Below, piece after piece: positions 1 through 8,711 of a DNA stretch of 64,000 nucleotides. The position numbers and the translations under genes were made by a program. The first letter of the stretch is position 1; each line of letters starts with the position of its first letter. Origin of the DNA: a virus (Duplodnaviria; Caudoviricetes); the IMG/VR virus record IMGVR_UViG_3300030388_001525, positions 1,377 through 65,376 of that record; one strand, written 5' to 3'. Under the pieces are notes generated by a model that was not told where the DNA came from, made no database searches, and saw nothing but the letters and a program-made list of their open reading frames with translations.

Positions 1-2501
1 TGTATATAAACTTTAGCTCCGTTATTTGCGATTGGTGTGTTAGTTAGAATTCTTACGTTTGTTGCAGATGTTCTTTGTATTTCAGGAAATATTTGAGCAT
101 AGTTGTTTAGTATGTCTACAACTTGAACTATTACATCTTGTCCTAAAGAATGAGTTACATCTATTTGAGTTAAAGTTCCATTACCAATAGTTGCTACACC
201 AGATAAATCTGCTACACATACATCTACTGCTGCACAAAAATCACTTACTTGTGAAGCTGTAATATTAATGTCTTGTTCACCTATTGAAGTAACTTGACCT
301 GCAGAGTTTGTTGTTAAAGTAACAGTTTTAGCAGATGACCCTTGATTAGAAGCAGCCGCTCCATTGTCTAACGATATTGCTCCCCCTGCAGTTACATTTA
401 TATGTCCTGCTGTTGGAACACTAACAAGTCCTACTGTTGTAGTTGTTGCTATGTCAATATTTGCTTGTACTTCTACAAAATCTGATTGTACAGAAGATCC
501 TACAGCAGCAGCTGTAGTAGCAATTACTTGATCACCAATTGATAAAGGTTCAGAAGCATTTCCAAAGAAATTACCCGCTACTGTTACAACGTAGAAATCA
601 CCGACAGCAATTGCTACTCTTCCCGAACCACTTGTTAGGTTTCCACCACCTACAATAGCACCAGTTGAAGCATTAAATCCTCCTTTAAATTCTAATAAAC
701 CTACTACAGCAGCATTTAACTGATTTAAATTCACTGCACTTGTTCCTGCTGAACCAGCTGGTATTGTAAGTTGTCCTGTAATAGTTGCTGTTGTTCCAAC
801 TGTTAAAGATCCAGCTAAAGAAATACTATCGTCAAGATTTATTGTTAAATCATCTGTAGCTCCCGCAACAGTTGCAATATTTGTACCACCTATAAAAGTA
901 GCTGTATTTCCATTTGTCACAGATTGAGCAGAACCACTGTCTCCAGCTAAATTCCAAGAATCCATTGCTCCTGTACCTCCCGAGTAACTTATTGTTACAG
1001 CTCCACTTGAAGCTGAAACAGCTATAGGTGATGTGCCTGCTAAAGATGTTACACCATCATTTGTTATTGTTACAGCACCAGTTGCTCCACTTACACTTAT
1101 GCCTGTTCCTGCTACATTTGAAGTAACACCATCATTTGTTATTGTTAAAACATCTGTTGCACTTACCGCTGTAGTAATACCCGTCCCTCCTGTCGCTGTT
1201 ACTGTATTTCCAGATGCAATAGTTTGTGATCCTGTATCGCCAGTCAAAGTCCATCCTGTATATGTTCCTGGTATTGCTGAAATAAGTTTAAATGTGTTAT
1301 CACCAGCTAAATAAGTTGTTGCATCTTTAGTACCTGTTGCAGATAAATCTAAAGTAACTGTATTAGTAGCACTAACTACACCTGCTACAAATGTTCCTCC
1401 TGCAATATCTACAGTTTCACCATTAGATACTGTTTGATTTGAACCAGAGTCAGATGATAAAATAAAAGAAGTCATTGTTCCAGCTCCACCATCAGAAGCC
1501 GAAGTAATTCTACCTTGTGCATCAACTGTAATATTTGCAGAAGTATAAGTAGCTGCTGTTACAGCTGTATTGTCAAGTTTAATAGTTAAAATGTCTGTTG
1601 CAGATGCTGTAGTTGTAATTGCTGTTCCTCCTGTAAAGGTTGCATTATTACCGTTAGTAATAGATTGAGATCCTGTGTCACCAACTAAATTCCAACTACT
1701 CATAGATCCAGTTCCTCCTGTATATGCAATAACAACACCATCAGTTCCGTTTCCAGTTGTAGAAATGTTAGATCCTGCAAGTACAGACAAAGTATCTGCA
1801 TTAGCAATTGTAGAGTTTGTACCAGCTGAGCCTGCTAATGTAAAACTACTCATAGATCCAGTTCCTCCAGTGTATGAAATAGTAACTGACCCCGTTGAAG
1901 TGTCAACTGCTATAGGAGATGTTCCTGCTATTTCAGTTACACCTGAATTTGTAATAGTTGTTCCAGTTGCATTATTTTGCGTTGTAATACCTGTTCCACC
2001 CGCTATATCAACTGTGAGTCCATTAGTAACTGTAAGGCTTGTGCCTGAATCTGCTGTTAATATCCATGAAGACATTGTTCCTGGAGCAGAGCCACCAGTT
2101 ACTGATGTAACATGGCCTTGAGCGTTTGTAATTATTTGACTTGGATATGCAAATGTTCCCGCTGTACCAAAACTATCATGATTAACAGTTAAAGTATTTC
2201 CTGAACGTGTTGAAGATAAAGCTGTACCACCCGCTATATCAACAGTAATTCCGTCAGTTATAACAGCATCTCCACCACTATCACCCGTCATAGTCCAACT
2301 TGACATTGAACCTGAACTTGTACCTACGGCAACCCAATTGTTTGAACCTGTATGATATTTCAGAACATTTGTATCTGTTCTATAGATTAGTTGTCCTTCT
2401 CCTGTTAATCCAGAAGGATCAGATGTTTCATTATCAACTTTGAAGCTGATAAGCTCAGAGTTTTGGAGGTTGATGTTTGCAAAAAACTTTATATCTGCCA
2501 T
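1..2501 (-). CDS. Long tail fibre protein, 3' end truncated by window; absent from the ORF track
   Basis: ATG at 2501 (MADIKFFANINLQNSEL...) and open frame to base 1. G/T/S-rich with recurring SMSSW.L.GD(S/T)G and VDIAGGT motifs. The C-terminal 'VTHSLGQDVIVQV' segment resembles the C-terminus of the 2520-3254 product. Confidence 0.85.
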   Translation of the reverse strand, partial: MADIKFFANINLQNSELISFKVDNETSDPSGLTGEGQLIYRTDTNVLKYHTGSNNWVAVGTSSGSMSSWTMTGDSGGDAVITDGITVDIAGGTALSSTRSGNTLTVNHDSFGTAGTFAYPSQIITNAQGHVTSVTGGSAPGTMSSWILTADSGTSLTVTNGLTVDIAGGTGITTQNNATGTTITNSGVTEIAGTSPIAVDTSTGSVTISYTGGTGSMSSFTLAGSAGTNSTIANADTLSVLAGSNISTTGNGTDGVVIAYTGGTGSMSSWNLVGDTGSQSITNGNNATFTGGTAITTTASATDILTIKLDNTAVTAATYTSANITVDAQGRITSASDGGAGTMTSFILSSDSGSNQTVSNGETVDIAGGTFVAGVVSATNTVTLDLSATGTKDATTYLAGDNTFKLISAIPGTYTGWTLTGDTGSQTIASGNTVTATGGTGITTAVSATDVLTITNDGVTSNVAGTGISVSGATGAVTITNDGVTSLAGTSPIAVSASSGAVTISYSGGTGAMDSWNLAGDSGSAQSVTNGNTATFIGGTNIATVAGATDDLTINLDDSISLAGSLTVGTTATITGQLTIPAGSAGTSAVNLNQLNAAVVGLLEFKGGFNASTGAIVGGGNLTSGSGRVAIAVGDFYVVTVAGNFFGNASEPLSIGDQVIATTAAAVGSSVQSDFVEVQANIDIATTTTVGLVSVPTAGHINVTAGGAISLDNGAAASNQGSSAKTVTLTTNSAGQVTSIGEQDINITASQVSDFCAAVDVCVADLSGVATIGNGTLTQIDVTHSLGQDVIVQVVDILNNYAQIFPEIQRTSATNVRILTNTPIANNGAKVYI

Positions 2502-2519
2502 AATTTTTTTTCTTTATTA

Positions 2520-3254
2520 TTAATTAAATATTGCTTGTCCTGTAAATTGACTATTAAATGTCAATGTACATTGATTTATACTGTTGTACTCTACTTCGCA
2601 CTGCACTTCTTCTAAAGCTCCGTCTATGACAGATACTGCTGGAAATTTTCCTAAATCGTGATTAACAACAAAAGTTGCGTTAGATGGAGTTAAGTTTACA
2701 ACTTTGTTTTTATCTCCTGAACCACTTCCATAGTCCAGCAAAGATATAAAATAATCTTGATTCTGTTCGAAGCCCCCATTACCTGCTACAAAGGTTAAAA
2801 CTATGTCATAAAAGTTTGGCTCTGTTCCTTTTTGCGTTGATGATACCCATGAAAAAATTCCCCATTTTGATATGTCAGAAGTTTTTGATATAATTACTGT
2901 AGAGCCAACTAAAGGAGCTGTATACCATGAAGACAAATCTACATTAGGGCTTCCTACTTGCGATTTGCTAATTCTAAAGCCAGTTACTACTGAAAATTGA
3001 ACAAGCGCACCTCGTTGTGGGTCAAATGTAATACTTCCAGGATTTCTTACTGTTTGTCCTGGAACAGTTGGATTTATAATTTGATAATAAAAACGTGGAA
3101 CATCTAATTGTATACGTGCATCAAGATTTAAAAAATCTGCAACAGATTGAGCTGTAAAGTTTTTTGTAGCATTTAAAAAGCTGGCATCTGTACCAATCCA
3201 CTTATCATCTGCTTTTACTACTACTTGATCTACATATGTACTAATTCTTGCCAT
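2520..3254 (-). CDS. Tail-fibre-associated structural protein
   Basis: 244 aa next to the fibre gene. C-terminal 'VNHDLGKFPAVSV' module; N-terminus resembles that of 60222-60740. Confidence 0.6.
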   Translation of the reverse strand: MARISTYVDQVVVKADDKWIGTDASFLNATKNFTAQSVADFLNLDARIQLDVPRFYYQIINPTVPGQTVRNPGSITFDPQRGALVQFSVVTGFRISKSQVGSPNVDLSSWYTAPLVGSTVIISKTSDISKWGIFSWVSSTQKGTEPNFYDIVLTFVAGNGGFEQNQDYFISLLDYGSGSGDKNKVVNLTPSNATFVVNHDLGKFPAVSVIDGALEEVQCEVEYNSINQCTLTFNSQFTGQAIFN

Positions 3255-3656
3255 TTAATTATCTATTGATTTACCTTTTTCATACGACCTTCCCCCAAAA
3301 TAGGCGGCAGTGATAGTTATTAAAAGTATTTTTAAAAGTTCTTTCCACTCGTCGTCTACTGCAAAGTTAATAAATCCAGAATCAATAAAGATAAGCAAAA
3401 TAGTAGATACATATAAAAATATAAGTGTTAAGGGTCTGACTGATTTAGACAGATTGTTGTCGCTTGACATATCGTACCTCCATCTTTCAGTTACATTTTT
3501 TTGCTGTGACGATTCTGCATCCATCAACATTTGTGTCATTTCTTTTTCAAATGCAGCCTTTTCTTCTTTTGTTTGAATAAACCTATCAGCAATTCCCGCA
3601 ACTTTACCAGCAACATCCAATGCTCCTTTACCAAATAGCTTATGTAATATACTCAT
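3255..3656 (-). CDS. Holin (3TM/GTA-holin-like)
   Basis: Charged N-terminus, VRP motif, two clear hydrophobic helices and a YFGGRS.EK tail; close to the amidase. Confidence 0.75.
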   Translation of the reverse strand: MSILHKLFGKGALDVAGKVAGIADRFIQTKEEKAAFEKEMTQMLMDAESSQQKNVTERWRYDMSSDNNLSKSVRPLTLIFLYVSTILLIFIDSGFINFAVDDEWKELLKILLITITAAYFGGRSYEKGKSIDN

Positions 3657-3910
3657 TATCTTCTTGATTTTTTACCAGCACACTTCCATCTCTTACGAGA
3701 TAGGTTATTAGGAGTATTAGGATCATTTCTTTTCCCTATGGGTAAGCCCATTTTTATGCCATAACTTCTGGCACAATAACTATCTCCTTTAGAAGTACCA
3801 GGCTTTACTCTTGATCCACCTCCTTTAGCTTGACCAGCTTGACCATAGCTTACCTTCTTACCACTTGAAGTAATTTTTACTTTTGCCTTCCCTCGTCTTG
3901 GTGTTGCCAT
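3656..3910 (-). CDS. Small basic protein (SYCARS...SRKRWKC family)
   Basis: 84 aa, K/R/G-rich, translationally coupled to its neighbours. Confidence 0.75.
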   Translation of the reverse strand: MATPRRGKAKVKITSSGKKVSYGQAGQAKGGGSRVKPGTSKGDSYCARSYGIKMGLPIGKRNDPNTPNNLSRKRWKCAGKKSRR

Positions 3911-4041
3911 TACTTTTTGTTTTTCTTCGGAGTATGATTATATCCTTTTTTCTTTAAATTTAAATGGTCTTTCATAGTTTTAGCAACTTTGGTAATTCCT
4001 GTTTTGCTATACATATTATGTACTTTAAATTTTTTTGCCAT
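3910..4041 (-). CDS. Basic microprotein, 43 aa (MAKKFKVHNMYSKTG...)
   Basis: Read by hand; ATG to TAA, stop overlaps the next start (TAATG). Confidence 0.7.
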   Translation of the reverse strand: MAKKFKVHNMYSKTGITKVAKTMKDHLNLKKKGYNHTPKKNKK

Positions 4042-4045
4042 TTTA

Positions 4046-4162
4046 TTAATATAGGTTAGTGCTTCGGTTTCTTCTTACCTTTGGCTTTGAGACAACAGTT
4101 TTTCTTTTTGATTTTACCATCGTTTTCCTTGTTGGTTTTTTTACTACTTTTCTTTTAGCCAT
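4046..4162 (-). CDS. Protamine-like microprotein, 38 aa (MAKRKVVKKPTRKTMVKSKRK...)
   Basis: Read by hand; 16 K/R and no D/E; coupled to the upstream stop. Confidence 0.7.
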   Translation of the reverse strand: MAKRKVVKKPTRKTMVKSKRKTVVSKPKVRRNRSTNLY

Positions 4163-4320
4163 TATTTTTTGTTTTTAGGTAAAGTTTTTACTTTTCCATT
4201 TTCAGTACGAGCATATCTATTTTTTTCATTTTCCATGCTTGGAATTAATGTTCCACAGTATTTTCCAGCTCCATATTGCCAACATACTTTCTTTCCTTTT
4301 GTTCTTCCTTTTTCTGCCAT
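4162..4320 (-). CDS. Basic microprotein, 52 aa (MAEKGRTKGKKVCWQYGAGKYCG...)
   Basis: Read by hand; TAATG coupling with the next ORF. Confidence 0.7.
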   Translation of the reverse strand: MAEKGRTKGKKVCWQYGAGKYCGTLIPSMENEKNRYARTENGKVKTLPKNKK

Positions 4321-4340
4321 TTTATATAAAGTTGTAAGTT

Positions 4341-4754
4341 TTAAATTTTTTCATATTCTTTTTTTGCGTTAAAACTTGGACAATTTTTTTTTGAAAAATC
4401 ATTGTGTCCGTAAATAACAGCATCACCATGCAAAAGTTTTAAAACTTTTAACAAAGATAATAAAGATTCTGATTGTTTTTTAGTCCTTGTGTCTTCCCAC
4501 TCATCCATGTTTCTATCCATCCCTCCAATATAACAAATTCCTATACTTGATTTATTATGACCTCTGCAATGCGCGCCTGGAATTTCTATAGGTCTACCGT
4601 ATTCTAAAGAACCATCCATTCTTACAATATAATGATATCCTATGTCATCCCATTTGTTTCCTTTTACGTGCCATTCTCTTATTGTTGCAGCACTAAAGTC
4701 TTTTCCTACAGGAGTTGCTGAACAATGAATAATAATCTTATCTATTTTTCTCAT
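4341..4754 (-). CDS. Endolysin, N-acetylmuramoyl-L-alanine amidase (T7-lysozyme-like Amidase_2)
   Basis: IIIHCSAT, IGYHY, GAHC.GHN..SIGICY.GG and GH.D....CPSF zinc-amidase motifs. Confidence 0.95.
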   Translation of the reverse strand: MRKIDKIIIHCSATPVGKDFSAATIREWHVKGNKWDDIGYHYIVRMDGSLEYGRPIEIPGAHCRGHNKSSIGICYIGGMDRNMDEWEDTRTKKQSESLLSLLKVLKLLHGDAVIYGHNDFSKKNCPSFNAKKEYEKI

Positions 4755-5200
4755 TATAGTTCTATGTTTTTAATCCATCTAAAAGTTTTCTTATACCACC
4801 TATTATCTTTTTTGTTTTGTATTGATAAACAAACACCGCAAACTGAATCGGTTACTGTCATTCTTACTGTATCAATTATTGTTTGTAAAATAATTTTGTA
4901 ATTATAAGGAACACTATCCTTGCTAATTTTCAATGTATTACGTTCGTACATATTACTTAAATTCCAAATGCTATCAGAATAAATTTTATGAATTTTTTTT
5001 ATATCTCTTTTTTTCCTCCACAAGTCTTGTTCTAATAAAACTTTTTCTTCTCTATTATTTATTATTGTTTTCACCGTATTATCTACTGATAAAAAAAGAC
5101 TGTCTACATTTTTAGGATAAATTTTTATTTCATCCAATTGTTTTTCAGATGACAAACAAGATGTTAATATAATAGATAATATAAAACATTTAATTTTCAT
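4754..5200 (-). CDS. Lipoprotein, possible spanin component
   Basis: Signal peptide with an LTSC lipobox and a coiled-coil region; lies in the lysis cluster. Confidence 0.55.
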   Translation of the reverse strand: MKIKCFILSIILTSCLSSEKQLDEIKIYPKNVDSLFLSVDNTVKTIINNREEKVLLEQDLWRKKRDIKKIHKIYSDSIWNLSNMYERNTLKISKDSVPYNYKIILQTIIDTVRMTVTDSVCGVCLSIQNKKDNRWYKKTFRWIKNIEL

Positions 5201-5411
5201 TTAAGTTTTCTAAAGTTTCAATAAATTTGTCATTAAGTTTTTTATAATCACTTCTTAAAACTACAACTTCTTCTTGTAAATTTTTAATTTGATTTGTAAG
5301 AGTTGTTTTATTATCTATATATAAATAACCTATTGCAATAATGCAAAAAAACAATCCTCCTGCTAACGGATTAGCAGCAAAGTCTTTAAAATTTATTGGT
5401 GATTTCATCAA
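5190..5411 (-). CDS. Single-TM plus coiled-coil protein (inner spanin or holin accessory candidate)
   Basis: N-terminal hydrophobic helix followed by a heptad pattern. Confidence 0.55.
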   Translation of the reverse strand: MMKSPINFKDFAANPLAGGLFFCIIAIGYLYIDNKTTLTNQIKNLQEEVVVLRSDYKKLNDKFIETLENLNEN

Positions 5412-5422
5412 TTATATTGATG

Positions 5423-5587
5423 TTACTTCTTCTTAAACTTCCAATGATATAGTTTAAATAATGAAATAGATATAGCAAGAACTAAGGATATCATAGTTAA
5501 AATTTCATTAAAATCAGCTAAACTTAAACCTATAGCTCCAGCATTAGGCAAAACTACCTCAAGTGTATCTTTCAAATCGCTATTCAT
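5423..5587 (-). CDS. Small membrane protein, 54 aa (holin/antiholin-like)
   Basis: Read by hand: MNSDLKDTLEVVLPNAGAIGLSLADFNEILTMISLVLAISISLFKLYHWKFKKK. Confidence 0.65.
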   Translation of the reverse strand: MNSDLKDTLEVVLPNAGAIGLSLADFNEILTMISLVLAISISLFKLYHWKFKKK

Positions 5588-5609
5588 TTCTTTTTTCAAA
5601 GTAAAGTTA

Positions 5610-6170
5610 TTACCATATTGCTATACAAGTCTTCCTTGCAGCAACTGTTGTTGAGGTTGACATTAGTTGAACTACTTGTATTGGTAAATAGTTTCCAACT
5701 TTAAAATTTTCAAAAGTAACAAAATTTCCTGCTGTTGTTTTTACACGAATATTTACATATCTTGGATCAGCTACTCCAACACCAGGTGCTGGTGGATCAG
5801 TAGGCTGAATATCTTGTACTATAGTTGCGCTTGATCCAACATATAATAAACATCCTTCTGATGAATTAATTGGGCCACCTAAAAATATTTTATAGTCTTC
5901 AGCAGCTGCAAATATATTGTCATTTATTGATAATATAGTAGAACTATCTATTGCTACTACTGTAGTTGAAGTGTCGTCAGTGGTGTTATAAACTATATCC
6001 CCTATCGATACTGTGCTAAAATCAGCACCTACATCTATAAGTTTACTTGCCGTAGCGGTTGTTGTTGCTCCAATTAAAACTGGAAGACTTGGTGCTGGAA
6101 TTAGAACTGAATCACTCGCTATCACTTCTAATGATAATCCAGTGTTTACTGTAATTTTTGGGTATGCCAT
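5610..6170 (-). CDS. Probable virion protein with a GDIVYN beta-domain
   Basis: 186 aa; carries the domain also seen in three structural-module genes. Confidence 0.6.
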   Translation of the reverse strand: MAYPKITVNTGLSLEVIASDSVLIPAPSLPVLIGATTTATASKLIDVGADFSTVSIGDIVYNTTDDTSTTVVAIDSSTILSINDNIFAAAEDYKIFLGGPINSSEGCLLYVGSSATIVQDIQPTDPPAPGVGVADPRYVNIRVKTTAGNFVTFENFKVGNYLPIQVVQLMSTSTTVAARKTCIAIW

Positions 6171-6199
6171 TTTTTTATTTTAGAGGGTTAAAAATCTCT

Positions 6200-6379
6200 T
6201 TATTTACTATATGGGAAAGCTCTGTTAAGAGAATCCTTTCTTTTTGAGCAGCCACAATCGCCATTTGACATTGTTTCTACTATTTTTTTTATTCCTGTCG
6301 CTTTTGTGAATTTTTCAATTGTATCACCCAAGCCTTTTGATTTAGATGGAGTTAACTCCGTTACTCTTGTTCTTTTCAT
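6200..6379 (-). CDS. Small protein, 59 aa (GLGDTIEK...DCGC..RK..LN..FPY)
   Basis: Read by hand; complete ORF with an A-rich leader. Confidence 0.75.
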   Translation of the reverse strand: MKRTRVTELTPSKSKGLGDTIEKFTKATGIKKIVETMSNGDCGCSKRKDSLNRAFPYSK

Positions 6380-6384
6380 TTAAT

Positions 6385-6522
6385 TTATTTACAACTACAA
6401 AGTTTGTTTGGACAAGAAGCTACATTAAAGAGTAACTTAGATGCTAACCAATTCCAAGAACACTGGAATTTACACCATAAACTTTGTAATTTTAATCCTA
6501 TTTTTTCTAATAATTTTCCCAT
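6385..6522 (-). CDS. Small Cys/Trp-rich protein, 45 aa
   Basis: Read by hand: MGKLLEKIGLKLQSLWCKFQCSWNWLASKLLFNVASCPNKLCSCK. Confidence 0.65.
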   Translation of the reverse strand: MGKLLEKIGLKLQSLWCKFQCSWNWLASKLLFNVASCPNKLCSCK

Positions 6523-6523
6523 T

Positions 6524-6670
6524 TTAGTTTTTTCTTAAAGGATTATATTTTGGTCTTATAAAAACTCTTTGAGTACTATCTTCTTCAAGCTTTACGTTGA
6601 CCTTTGCAATTAAATCTTCTTTAACTGCTTTGATTTTTTTAGCCTTAACTGTTTCTTTTTTTTTAGCCAT
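6524..6670 (-). CDS. Basic microprotein, 48 aa (MAKKKETVKAKK...)
   Basis: Read by hand; tightly packed with neighbours. Confidence 0.7.
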   Translation of the reverse strand: MAKKKETVKAKKIKAVKEDLIAKVNVKLEEDSTQRVFIRPKYNPLRKN

Positions 6671-6691
6671 TATATTAAATTTTAATTAATT

Positions 6692-6838
6692 TTATTTTTT
6701 AGACATTTTTTTAAAAGTCTTAGCTAAAGTATATCTTTTAGAACCTGGAGGACATGATGAGCTGCCAAACTTTTTCCCTGTGCAGGGCTTGTCTGTTCTC
6801 ATTCCTTTAACCGCTTTTTGTATCCAGTTATTAGCCAT
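6692..6838 (-). CDS. Basic microprotein, 48 aa (MANNWIQKAVKG...LAKTFKKMSKK)
   Basis: Read by hand. Confidence 0.7.
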   Translation of the reverse strand: MANNWIQKAVKGMRTDKPCTGKKFGSSSCPPGSKRYTLAKTFKKMSKK

Positions 6839-6840
6839 TA

Positions 6841-7032
6841 CTATCTTAAGTGATCGTGTCTAACCACTTTTGCTACATGTCTGTAAGACATTGACTTGTC
6901 CGCTCCATAAGCATGTCCATACATTTTTGATGACATTGCTTTAGACTCATCTCTTCTACTTTTCATAGATTGAGATTTCTTTCCGTTGCTTGCTCCTAAA
7001 TGTTCGTCAAGTCTTGAATTATATCCTTGCAT
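6841..7032 (-). CDS. Small basic protein, 63 aa
   Basis: ORF track; S/K/R/H-rich. Confidence 0.7.
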   Translation of the reverse strand: MQGYNSRLDEHLGASNGKKSQSMKSRRDESKAMSSKMYGHAYGADKSMSYRHVAKVVRHDHLR

Positions 7033-7038
7033 AGTTTA

Positions 7039-7440
7039 TTACTTTTTATTATTTCTCTTATTAGTTCTTGCAATCTTTCTATTAGTTTTATTAACCATTC
7101 GTTGTGTTTTTCTTAATGCTGAATTCCCACTAATAGTTCTTGATTTAGTTTTCGTTGTGTTTTTCTTAAGGTTTACTTTTGTTTTAGTAATATTACCTTT
7201 ACCAGTTCGAACATTCAATTCAATTGTTTTTTTCTTATACCCTACACCTCTTTTTGTATCGTTAGTTTTAGATACTTTAACATTCTCCTGTCCGTATATA
7301 CCTAAATTCTTTGAAGTATTTGTACTTCTGGCTTTACTTCTATTTTTATTAACTACACTTCTGGTAATATTACCTTTTTTGTCTTTATAAATTGAAGTTT
7401 TTGCAGTTTTCTTTGTTTTCTTTGTTTTAGGTACAGGCAT
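7039..7440 (-). CDS. Highly basic K/T/N-rich protein (histone-H1-like composition)
   Basis: 133 aa with very few acidic residues; own promoter motif at 7466-7473. Confidence 0.75.
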   Translation of the reverse strand: MPVPKTKKTKKTAKTSIYKDKKGNITRSVVNKNRSKARSTNTSKNLGIYGQENVKVSKTNDTKRGVGYKKKTIELNVRTGKGNITKTKVNLKKNTTKTKSRTISGNSALRKTQRMVNKTNRKIARTNKRNNKK

Positions 7441-7465
7441 GATTTTTTTTTATTTTAATGTTAAA

Positions 7466-7473
7466 CAAATATA
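7466..7473 (-). promoter_or_regulatory. Bacteroidetes -7 promoter element TATATTTG
   Basis: Matches TAnnTTTG, about 26 nt upstream of the ATG at 7440. Confidence 0.6.
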
Positions 7474-7480
7474 ATAATTA

Positions 7481-7816
7481 TTATTTATTATTTTTAGTTG
7501 GTTTTTTTGGTTTACTTATAATTACAGGCTTAGTTCCGCTTGGTGTTACTATAGTTGGTCTTGGTGTTTGCGAGACATTTGGTCTGATAATAATTTGTGG
7601 ATTGTAAGGTATAGAATTATAATATGGTATAGTATTATTGTATTGATAAGAATTGTAAACTCTTGGTCGTAATGAATTTACGTCAATAATAACAGTGTCT
7701 CCTGCGTGTGTTATTCCTAATACTTTTACAAAGTGAAAGGACTCATGTGATGATGCGCATCTTGTAAGAATAGATGTGCAAAATAAAACAAACACTACTA
7801 ATAATATTTTTTTCAT
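7481..7816 (-). CDS. Putative lipoprotein with a Pro/Lys-rich tail
   Basis: MKK, hydrophobic stretch, Cys20. Confidence 0.6.
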   Translation of the reverse strand: MKKILLVVFVLFCTSILTRCASSHESFHFVKVLGITHAGDTVIIDVNSLRPRVYNSYQYNNTIPYYNSIPYNPQIIIRPNVSQTPRPTIVTPSGTKPVIISKPKKPTKNNK

Positions 7817-7823
7817 AACCTCC

Positions 7824-7979
7824 TTAGTACATCTTTGAACCCATTTTCTTTTCCATCCCGTAAGAAGGATTGTTTTTTACTGATCCTTTTGTCATTCTTG
7901 CATAAGAATCAGCTTGAGCTTTTCCTACCGCATTGTAAGGAAATTGTCTTTTTTTTCCTTTTACTGTAACTGTTGGCAT
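7824..7979 (-). CDS. Basic microprotein, 51 aa (MPTVTVKGKKRQFPYNAVGKAQA...)
   Basis: Read by hand; first gene after the promoter motif at 8005-8012. Confidence 0.7.
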   Translation of the reverse strand: MPTVTVKGKKRQFPYNAVGKAQADSYARMTKGSVKNNPSYGMEKKMGSKMY

Positions 7980-8004
7980 AATCTAAGTTTTTTATTTATA
8001 TTTA

Positions 8005-8012
8005 CAAAGATA
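8005..8012 (-). promoter_or_regulatory. Bacteroidetes -7 promoter element TATCTTTG
   Basis: Intergenic CAAAGATA on the + strand. Confidence 0.65.
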
Positions 8013-8031
8013 CAAATTTAATTTAATAGAA

Positions 8032-8487
8032 TTGAGGAATAATAAACATACCCCATCACACAATTATTTAAAATACTGGAGAGTTATTAGATACTGGGCC
8101 AAGGCTAAATATGGCTTGACTACGCCAGATTTAGATATGATGTTCTTCTTGTATGGAGAAGACTATTTTAATAAAACTAAGTTTAAGGAATACGAAGAAG
8201 TTATGTCTTGGGATGTAAATAGATTTGATTCTTTATTAAGTAATGGATGGATTACAGTGTGGAGAAGAAAAGCTGGTAAAGAAACAACATTATATCACCT
8301 TTCTTTTAAGGGAAAGAAAGCCATAAACACTATATATAAAAAACTTAATGGTGAAGAGATTGGAGAATCACCTGATTACAATCCTTTGTTTAGAGTTAAT
8401 GTAGGTTATATGGATAAAGTATACCGAGATCAGATTTTAGAAATGAATAAATTTATAAAACTACAACGACATCTCTCTCTTGAATAA
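8032..8487 (+). CDS. Putative winged-helix DNA-binding regulator
   Basis: YGLTTPDLDMMFFLY...LLSNGWI...YHLSFKGK has a MarR-like wHTH pattern. TTG start; the only credible + strand gene in this late block. Confidence 0.6.
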   Translation: MRNNKHTPSHNYLKYWRVIRYWAKAKYGLTTPDLDMMFFLYGEDYFNKTKFKEYEEVMSWDVNRFDSLLSNGWITVWRRKAGKETTLYHLSFKGKKAINTIYKKLNGEEIGESPDYNPLFRVNVGYMDKVYRDQILEMNKFIKLQRHLSLE

Positions 8488-8710
8488 TAGTAACTGTTTC
8501 ATTATTTAAAAGCATAGTGTGTCCTGCATTACGATCATAGTATACTAAATCATTTTCAGATATTATATCCACATTAGTACCTGGTGTAAGTATAATACCT
8601 TTCTTGTATCTAAAGTTATCCGCATCTTCAGCTGACAAAAGAATACCTGAGTTAGTTTTTAATTCTTCTTCTACTGGTTTTATAACTATATATTTTCCTA
8701 TTGCTTTCAT
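8453..8710 (-). CDS. groES: Co-chaperonin GroES (Cpn10)
   Basis: IVIKP, KTNSGILL mobile loop and C-terminal E.DVV; directly downstream of groEL. Confidence 0.9.
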   Translation of the reverse strand: MKAIGKYIVIKPVEEELKTNSGILLSAEDADNFRYKKGIILTPGTNVDIISENDLVYYDRNAGHTMLLNNETVTIIQERDVVVVL

Positions 8711-8711
8711 A

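Noticed and set aside
1033-2121. + strand ORFs of 93 and 148 aa
   Set aside because: Antisense shadows of the G/T-rich tail fibre. The same applies to 63222-63674 and the other + strand ORFs within late genes.
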